Source of the DNA: Candidatus Altiarchaeota archaeon
GTDB taxonomy: Archaea; Altiarchaeota; Altiarchaeia; IMC4; SCGC-AAA252-I15
DNA length: 64,000 nt
NCBI GenBank assembly: GCA_043800705.1
Contig: JAZDMS010000001.1
Coordinates: forward strand, 57,826 to 121,825
Direction: 5' to 3'
Shown here piece by piece: positions 57,670-64,000 of this stretch. The position numbers and the translations under genes were made by a program. The notes under the pieces were generated by a model. It searched no databases and was not told the DNA's origin. It saw nothing but the letters and a program-made list of their open reading frames with translations. Each line of letters opens with the position of its first letter. Positions within the stretch are counted from its first letter, which is position 1.

Positions 57670-59310
57670 TCAAATCTGGCTATAAAAAATTTCCCCCCTG
57701 TTCGCCGAAAGCCTTGAAAACCTAGAGAGAGCTATGTAATCGTCAGGGTCATCGTAGAATTTTCCCCCGTCGATCACGAAATACTCGCATGGGACGAATC
57801 CTGCGGAACGCACCATTCTGGCATAGCCTGCATCGCTCGTCCACAGGCTGTCCTTCATCCCGAGGGTTCCTCTTTTGCAGTTTTCCGACACCTTTATCGT
57901 GCCGGCATAGTCTATCGACCTGATCATGACGTAGTCTATGTAAAATGGCGTCACGATCGGATTAATCATTATGCTCCTCGTGTCCTCCTGGTTCTTCATG
58001 GATTCAGTGTAGTTCCTGTCGTCCAATCCGATAATGGTGTATTCGTTGGTGGCCACGACATTGCCCATGAACAGACTTTCGCTCTCTCCGCCTGTTATCG
58101 GTTGAATGTTCATTATCGCTATGTTCCTCGACTGGTCGGGCTTCGCGGTGCCGATTCCGACTATGTCGTCGTCGCAGGGCCTGTCGTATTCTATGTGTGC
58201 GCCGCTGCCAGTGCCTACGATGCTTCCGCATGTCGTGTTGCCGTTGCTCCAGACCCTGAGGAACTTCATAAAGCAGTTGAGGGGCGACTTGTCCTCGTCG
58301 CCGTCCGGCTGGAGGGCGATGTATGGCCAGGTCTCCCCCCTCGGCATGTTATACATATACATTTCACTCATGCACGTCTTGTTCAAATCCTTACCGCTGC
58401 AGCTGAGGTTGATGTTCCCCTCCTGGTTGATCGTGACATCGGCGTACATCCATTGGCTAGTGGTGTCGTTGGACGGGCAGCTGTACGAAGGGGCCTGATA
58501 TGTGGGTTCGCCGTCGTCTCTTTCGAAAACAGTCACCATGCAGTCCTCGGTGTTGTGGAGGTTTGGCCTGCAGTCGTCCCCCCAGCTGTCCGTATACCAG
58601 AAGTTGCTGTCGTCGGGGATGCATGTCAAGGGATCCACATATTTCATCGTCCCTGTGGAGGGATCTATCTCCTCCATCTCGAAATACAGCCTAGGCCCCC
58701 CCTGGCTGTCTCCCCTGCAGACGGGGTTTTCTTGGTTTCCTCCGGCCCTTCCTATGGGAACTCCCGCGGTGACGTAAATCCCCTCGGGCGCCATGTCCTT
58801 TTCAAGGAGATGGCCATAATAGGCTATCCTCTCTCCGTTATATGAGCGTAAGGATAGCGCGCAGCCGAGGTAGTAATATTCGGGGTCGATACCTGATTCA
58901 TTGAATCTGTGGATCGTTCCGCTGAATGCCGCATAGATGATTTCGTCGTCTTCGGCAAATAGGTCCAGTCCGAGATGCCCCTCAAGGCAGGGAATTGTCG
59001 GAGAATCCCATTGGTTAACGTCACAGGTAGATTCGATCCTATCTTCTGCAAGATCCACGCCGGCTACGGGCCAGACAAATTTTCCGCCCCTTTTGCATAC
59101 ATTGCAGCAGTTGGTACAGTCCATCGAGAAAGGCACCGTCAAGTCAGCCCCGGAAAGGCATATGCCGGTCCAGGTCTGGTATTCATCGTATGATGTGCAA
59201 TTGCTCCAATCGCAGCATGGATGGCATACCGCCGCCTGTGCCGTGCCGGCTGCCGACAGAAAAAAAACCAATATTATTGGCGATTTAGACCTTACCAAAC
59301 ACCAATCCAT
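57670..59310 (-). CDS. Exported protein with an M23 (LytM) peptidase-like domain and degenerate active site
   Basis: WPV, HLGLDL (HxxxD) and YYGHL are present, but GPRLYFE replaces GPHLHFE. Confidence 0.75.
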   Translation of the reverse strand: MDWCLVRSKSPIILVFFLSAAGTAQAAVCHPCCDWSNCTSYDEYQTWTGICLSGADLTVPFSMDCTNCCNVCKRGGKFVWPVAGVDLAEDRIESTCDVNQWDSPTIPCLEGHLGLDLFAEDDEIIYAAFSGTIHRFNESGIDPEYYYLGCALSLRSYNGERIAYYGHLLEKDMAPEGIYVTAGVPIGRAGGNQENPVCRGDSQGGPRLYFEMEEIDPSTGTMKYVDPLTCIPDDSNFWYTDSWGDDCRPNLHNTEDCMVTVFERDDGEPTYQAPSYSCPSNDTTSQWMYADVTINQEGNINLSCSGKDLNKTCMSEMYMYNMPRGETWPYIALQPDGDEDKSPLNCFMKFLRVWSNGNTTCGSIVGTGSGAHIEYDRPCDDDIVGIGTAKPDQSRNIAIMNIQPITGGESESLFMGNVVATNEYTIIGLDDRNYTESMKNQEDTRSIMINPIVTPFYIDYVMIRSIDYAGTIKVSENCKRGTLGMKDSLWTSDAGYARMVRSAGFVPCEYFVIDGGKFYDDPDDYIALSRFSRLSANRGEIFYSQI

Positions 59311-59345
59311 TCTGCCTATGTATTTGCTTTATCTGTATATAACCG

Positions 59346-60419
59346 TCAGCCCAAGGTTCTGGCCAGACTTAGATGGGCTGCGGATTCCGACAGCGTATCA
59401 GCCGTGAGGTAGCCGATGAGCCTTCCTCCGGAGGCTACCAGGATGATCCTCCCGCTCAAGAGAACCTTCAGCGCGTCCCTGGCCTTGGTGTCCCCCTCCA
59501 TAACTATATAGTCTGTCGTACCAGATTCTCCGACCGTCGCAGAAGCGTTGATCCTTCTTCCGCCTCCCAGCTCCAAGACGCCCTTAAGCATCCCTCCGGA
59601 GTCGACGATGAAATATACGCTCTTTCCGCGGCGCAGAACGGTTGAAATGAACTCCTTCCAGCTCAGCGATCCGTTGACGTATGCTATCCTTTCATCCGCG
59701 ATCTGGGCCAGTGTCGCATCAGCCATGAGTTTCCTTAGGCTCACGTACCTGGCCTCGTTCCCCCCCGCATAATAGAGTAATCCTCCGATGAGCACATATA
59801 AGAGATTCAGCTCCAGCAGCCCGACGAAGGCCAAAGCCAAGAAAATCGCCTGTCCGATTGCCGTCGCAATCTTGGTCGCTTTTTCATAGTCAATCCATAG
59901 TGCGAGGACGCTGCGGAACACCCTGCCGCCGTCCATGGGGAATGCGGGCAGCATGTTGAATCCGCCCAGGGTAAGGTTGATATAGACCATCATAAGAAGG
60001 ACTCCGGCAAGGGAATCCGACTGGATCAGGTTGGATATGTTGTCCTGGGAAAGGTTATCCAAGCTCATAAACGCCGGATTTATGGCTAAAAGGAGGCCGA
60101 GACTGGCGAATGCGAGCATGAAGTTGAACAGCGGGCCGACGATCGATACCTCCAGCTCCAGGATCGGGTCCTCAGGCAGGTCGATGCTTGCCAAACCTCC
60201 TATCGGTGTGAGGATGATCATCGGGACTTTTATCCCGTGCATGACCGCCGTCATGGAGTGTATGAACTCGTGGGCGAGGACGATTGTGAACACCAGGAAC
60301 AGGAAAAGCAGCGTCTCTATTCCGCCGAAGACGAGCATCAATAGCGCGAAAAGTATGAACGTAATGTGTAGCTCGACAGAAATGCCTGCGACCTTGAACA
60401 GGCGGACAGCGCCCTTCAT
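59346..60419 (-). CDS. Site-2 protease (M50) with CBS domains
   Basis: HEFIH, GPLFN, FNMLPAFPMDGGR. Confidence 0.95.
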   Translation of the reverse strand: MKGAVRLFKVAGISVELHITFILFALLMLVFGGIETLLFLFLVFTIVLAHEFIHSMTAVMHGIKVPMIILTPIGGLASIDLPEDPILELEVSIVGPLFNFMLAFASLGLLLAINPAFMSLDNLSQDNISNLIQSDSLAGVLLMMVYINLTLGGFNMLPAFPMDGGRVFRSVLALWIDYEKATKIATAIGQAIFLALAFVGLLELNLLYVLIGGLLYYAGGNEARYVSLRKLMADATLAQIADERIAYVNGSLSWKEFISTVLRRGKSVYFIVDSGGMLKGVLELGGGRRINASATVGESGTTDYIVMEGDTKARDALKVLLSGRIILVASGGRLIGYLTADTLSESAAHLSLARTLG

Positions 60420-60425
60420 CTCCAG

Positions 60426-60920
60426 CTAACCTCTCAGTATCGCTGTCGCACCCGTCCTCGCTATCTCCTTGATGCCCATCGTGCGCATGATGTTAAGGAA
60501 CGCGTTTATCTTCCTGGTGTCGCCGACTATCTCGACCGACATTGACTTTGGGCTGACGTCGACGATGTTACCGCGAAAGACGTCGGCGTATTGTATGACC
60601 TGCGCCTTCTGCTTCTCGGTGGGTGCGTTGACCTTGACGATGCACAGCTCCCTGCAGACGCAGTCCTCTGGAGCCACGTCGCCGACCTTGATGACGTTGA
60701 CGAGCTTGTTCATCTGCTTGCTGATCTGCTCCAAGACCTTGTCGTCGCCCCTGGTCACGATCGTCATCCTGGCGATGTCAGGGTGGTCGGTCGCCCCGAC
60801 GGTTATGCTTTCGATGTTGAACTTCCTTCTTGCGAAAAGCGAGGCTATACGCTGAAGGACTCCGGGCTGATGCTCTACCATGGCGGTGAAAACGTGTATC
60901 CTCTCATCCCCTTTTGCCAT
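60426..60920 (-). CDS. ilvH: Acetolactate synthase small (regulatory) subunit
   Basis: PGVLQRIASLFARRKFNIESITVG, KQMNKLVNV, RELC..KV, EIARTG. Confidence 0.96.
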   Translation of the reverse strand: MAKGDERIHVFTAMVEHQPGVLQRIASLFARRKFNIESITVGATDHPDIARMTIVTRGDDKVLEQISKQMNKLVNVIKVGDVAPEDCVCRELCIVKVNAPTEKQKAQVIQYADVFRGNIVDVSPKSMSVEIVGDTRKINAFLNIMRTMGIKEIARTGATAILRG

Positions 60921-60999
60921 GCCAAATTATAGGATTTCGACGAATATATATGCGGCTTTAAGACACCTGATTTTTACGGTTCCTAAGCCTTATTTTCAC

Positions 61000-61495
61000 C
61001 TACGAGCTAGACTTTCAGAGCCCTTATAGTCTTTACTGCGTCGGGCTCCTTTCCAGGTTCGGCTGGCAGGACTATCCTGTCCATGCCACGATGCTCCTTC
61101 CCGAATTCTAAGGCGTCCGCGAGATATTGCCTGTCTGATACCGCCAATGCCTCGGATATCTGTTCCGGGGACGGTGCGGCGGTGAACGTGAACGATCCCT
61201 AGAAGTCGCCCTCCTGAATCTCGCCCGAGCATACACTCAAACGGTGATTCAAGAGCTTGAATCATTCGCGGGCCGCAAGGATCTCCTGACAAGGCGAATA
61301 CCCTCTCCTGATCATACCAAGGCGCTCCTCGCGACTTTTCAAGTGAAGAACCCTCCAGCAGATATGCGGGGTTCTTTGATGACGAATCTGCGGACTCTTC
61401 AAGCATGAATGCCCGTCGGGGGCATTCATACACTCGACAGACCACGAATGCCTTTCATCCCCGCTGCAAAGCAGCGGGGTATGCTGTCTGAGCGA
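61000..61495 (-). ncRNA. Candidate large structured non-coding RNA or structured mobile remnant (unclassified)
   Basis: At least nine visible stems in about 500 nt of intergenic DNA; IS200/IS605-end-like hairpin at 61459-61479; strand tentative from G.U pairs. Confidence 0.5.
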
Positions 61496-61562
61496 AACAC
61501 ACGCGGCGCTGCCATTTTTTAATGCGATGTTGCTAGTTATAGATACATAAAAACACAAAAAA

Positions 61563-62351
61563 ATGGCACAAGAACCCTATCCGGAACCCGGCGAACTGGT
61601 GCTGGGAACCGTGAAGAACATCTTCAATCAGGGCGCATTCATAGACTTGGACGAATACCCCGGCAAGCGGGGGATGCTGCACCTCACCGAGATAAGCCTA
61701 AAATGGGTAAGGAACATCCGCGACTATGTAAAAGAGGAGCAGAAAGTCGTCCTACTCGTGCTTCGGACCGATCCCTCCAGAGGCCACATCGACCTTTCCC
61801 TCCGCCGGGTGAACGACGCCCAAAGGAAGCAGAAGCTTCAGCAGGTGAAACAGAAGCAGCGCGCAACGAAGCTCCTGGAAATGGTCGCACAAGAGCTTAA
61901 ACTCCAACCCACTGACATAAGCGCACCGGTGTCGACAGCGCTTGCAGAATACGAATCCGTATATCTGGGGCTGGAGGCCATAGCAGCAGACAATTCACTT
62001 ATCAACAAACTGCCTCTCGAGGAAAAAATCCGCAAAAAACTCCTCGAACTTGTGATAAAGAGCATAAAACCGCCGCTAGTCGAAGTCACAGGCTACGTGG
62101 AATTCCACAGCTTCGAATCCGACGGCATAAAAACCGTAAAAAAGGCCCTCGAAGAGGTATCGGGCCACAAACAGAAGGATACCCTCCTGGAACTTACGTA
62201 TATTTCGGCACCCCTCTACCGCGTGAAGGTCACGGCATCGGACTACAAGACTGCCGAGAAAGTCCTAAGAAACGCAGTAGACCAGGGAATAACCTACATC
62301 GAATCCAAGCACGGAACAGGCGAATTCCACCGCGAACTCGAGGCCAAATGA
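61563..62351 (+). CDS. eif2a: Translation initiation factor aIF2 alpha
   Basis: PEPGELV, LDEY, WVRNIRDY, IDLSLRRV, SAPLYR. Confidence 0.97.
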   Translation: MAQEPYPEPGELVLGTVKNIFNQGAFIDLDEYPGKRGMLHLTEISLKWVRNIRDYVKEEQKVVLLVLRTDPSRGHIDLSLRRVNDAQRKQKLQQVKQKQRATKLLEMVAQELKLQPTDISAPVSTALAEYESVYLGLEAIAADNSLINKLPLEEKIRKKLLELVIKSIKPPLVEVTGYVEFHSFESDGIKTVKKALEEVSGHKQKDTLLELTYISAPLYRVKVTASDYKTAEKVLRNAVDQGITYIESKHGTGEFHRELEAK

Positions 62352-62551
62352 AACTGAGAAAATGCCCCGAATGCCGGACATACACCCTCAAAGACAGCTG
62401 CATAAAATGCAGCGCCCAAACGAGGAACATGGCGCCGGCTAGGTATTCGCCCCAGGACCCGTACGGGCGCTACAGGCGTCTGATGAAGGCCTGGAAACCG
62501 GATGATGCGAAACCGGACGATGTGCCCTGTTCCGGGGAGACAAACGCATGA
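62348..62551 (+). CDS. nop10: H/ACA RNP protein Nop10
   Basis: KCPEC.TYTLK..C..C, PARYSPQDPYGRYRR. Confidence 0.95.
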   Translation: MKLRKCPECRTYTLKDSCIKCSAQTRNMAPARYSPQDPYGRYRRLMKAWKPDDAKPDDVPCSGETNA

Positions 62552-62566
62552 AGGGGGAAAACAGAC

Positions 62567-63331
62567 ATGGATGACGTCGTAGTCAATATCCTGGAAAGGC
62601 CGGAACTCAAGAACTCGATCCTAATTGAAGGTCTGCCGGGCATCGGCCTAGTAGGCAAGCTTGCCGGCGACCACATGAAGGACGAGCTGAAGGCAGTGAA
62701 ATTCGCGGAGATAATCTCGTGCTACCTCCCGCCGCAGGTGAACATACAGGACGACGGCACCATCAAGCTCGTCAACATGGAATTATACTATTGGCGGGGC
62801 AACCGGGACCTCATTTTCCTCGTCGGAGACTTCCAGGGCATAACCCCCGACAGCCAATACAAACTCGCAGAAAAGACCCTCGAACTAGCCCAACAATTCG
62901 ACGTCAAGAGGATATTCACCCTCGGGGGCCTGGGGACCGGAGCAATCACGAGCAATCCCCGCGTATTCGGGGCCGCGACCACAAAAGAGCTGGTATCCGA
63001 AGTCGAGAAATACGGGGTCATATTCAAGGGTGGCGGAGCCATATTCGGCGCGAGCGGACTCCTCCTCGGCCTTGCCATGCCCCTGGGCATTGGCGCAGTC
63101 TGCCTCATGGGCGAGACACACGGCCAGATCATCGACGCAAAGAGCGCCGAAGCAGTCCTGACCGTCCTGTCAAAGATACTCGACGTCAAAGTCAACATGG
63201 AAGAGATAGAGAAGAAGGCCAAACAGACTGAGGAACAGCTTAACCAGATGAGCCGGATGATCACGAGCCACAAGAAGGCGCAGGAACGCCAGCAACAGCT
63301 TCTGAACGAGAGCCCGACATACATCCGCTGA
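62567..63331 (+). CDS. PAC2-family proteasome assembly chaperone (COG2047)
   Basis: IEGLPGIGLVGK, PPQV, TLGG, GASGLLLG, CLMGET; conserved context. Confidence 0.92.
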   Translation: MDDVVVNILERPELKNSILIEGLPGIGLVGKLAGDHMKDELKAVKFAEIISCYLPPQVNIQDDGTIKLVNMELYYWRGNRDLIFLVGDFQGITPDSQYKLAEKTLELAQQFDVKRIFTLGGLGTGAITSNPRVFGAATTKELVSEVEKYGVIFKGGGAIFGASGLLLGLAMPLGIGAVCLMGETHGQIIDAKSAEAVLTVLSKILDVKVNMEEIEKKAKQTEEQLNQMSRMITSHKKAQERQQQLLNESPTYIR

Positions 63332-63336
63332 AACCA

Positions 63337-63771
63337 TCACCTATTCAGGCTCTTCTTCTGCTTGGCGGATTCGTCTACCCCACGATACTGTCCGTAAACC
63401 TCATTAAGCTTGTCAAGATGATCGGAATAGTCCCCGGCCTCCTTTTCGGCCTCGTTTCCGACGTGCTGAGCAGTCTTGTTCGCCGCAGCCTTCAAAGGAT
63501 CGAACCTATCGCTCTTCAAGGCAGAACCCTCCCCCAAGCCGTGACCAGACCCCAAGCCGGTGTCGCGGGAAAGCTTGGACTTGTAATCGCCGTCGAGGAT
63601 CTCCCTGAGAGTCTTCGGCTTATTTATGAAGCTTTTCTGCTTGAGCGCATCCATCCTCAAATCGGTTTTCCTGGCAGCCTTTAAAGCCGATACCGGAGCC
63701 TCGTCTGCGACATCGGCGGAAGATGCATCCTCAGCCTGCTCATCCTCATCGTCATCTGCCTGCGCCACCAT
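63337..63771 (-). CDS. Hypothetical protein with acidic N-terminus
   Basis: 144-aa ORF filling the gap, divergent from the tRNA. Confidence 0.55.
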   Translation of the reverse strand: MVAQADDDEDEQAEDASSADVADEAPVSALKAARKTDLRMDALKQKSFINKPKTLREILDGDYKSKLSRDTGLGSGHGLGEGSALKSDRFDPLKAAANKTAQHVGNEAEKEAGDYSDHLDKLNEVYGQYRGVDESAKQKKSLNR

Positions 63772-63846
63772 TGTTATTTATACCCCTCCTCCCTATAAAT
63801 CTAGACCTTTTATCGGAAACATCATACTCCGTCAAATCACACAAAT

Positions 63847-63920
63847 GGGCTCTTAGCTCAGTCCGGTAGAGCACTCGACCTTTAATCGAGGTGTCGCGGG
63901 TTCGAACCCCGTAGAGCCCG
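63847..63920 (+). tRNA. tRNA-Lys(UUU) with atypical C33
   Basis: GGGCTCT/AGAGCCC acceptor; GCTC/GAGC D stem; CTCGA-CCTTTAA-TCGAG anticodon arm; GCGGG-TTCGAAC-CCCGT T arm. Confidence 0.9.
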
Positions 63921-64000
63921 ACCCTAGGTAAGTTAGAGACCCCACGTTTTAAAAAGGGTCTCTGCTTATTATTTTACGCTGATGGTTGGACTCCTGTGCT

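Noticed and set aside
46301-59310. Provirus or integrated conjugative plasmid interpretation
   Set aside because: No integrase, terminase, capsid, relaxase, replication gene or att repeats are visible
60980-61400. RNase P, SRP or group I intron identity for the structured element
   Set aside because: GAAGAGTCCG and GGCTTA do not form P4; the SRP helix-8 CAGG half is missing; the ATAGTC/GACTAT order is reversed relative to group I P7. An Infernal search is needed to settle this.
60996-61445. 149-aa ORF within the structured element
   Set aside because: No recognisable motifs (no TnpB/IscB signature seen) and the dense stems better explain the region; not fully excluded
61426-61515. 29-codon minus-strand uORF as an ilv attenuator peptide
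   Set aside because: No Ile/Leu/Val run, far from ilvH, and ilvH has its own proximal TATA-like box

Overview
Archaeal chromosomal segment with the standard genetic code. The GC-rich backbone carries archaeal leuS, the rps6e-eif2g-PIN and rpoE1-spt4-DUF359-rps24e-rps27ae clusters, aTrm56, eif2a-nop10-PAC2, an intron-containing tRNA-Arg(UCG) and a tRNA-Lys(UUU). The Thr/Cys-rich surface proteins together with biosynthetic genes suggest an Altiarchaeota-like or DPANN-related lineage (inference). Accessory content: (i) a GNAT-toxin islet bounded by a duplicated tRNA 3' end and trailer (about 15-16.3 kb); (ii) a visibly AT-richer glycosylation/surface island (about 21.6-36.3 kb) opened by an internally deleted IS66-like element with perfect 14-bp TIRs; (iii) a 13-kb minus-strand cluster (46.3-59.3 kb) of a VirB6/TrbL-like membrane protein with a very long tail, large Cys-rich exported proteins and a catalytically degenerate M23 peptidase, a candidate cell-contact or transfer apparatus; (iv) a densely base-paired intergenic element of about 500 nt between ilvH and eif2a that looks like an unannotated large structured RNA; (v) bacterial-type orn and rhlE-like genes. 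All calls come from reading motifs by eye. No searches or folding programs were run.
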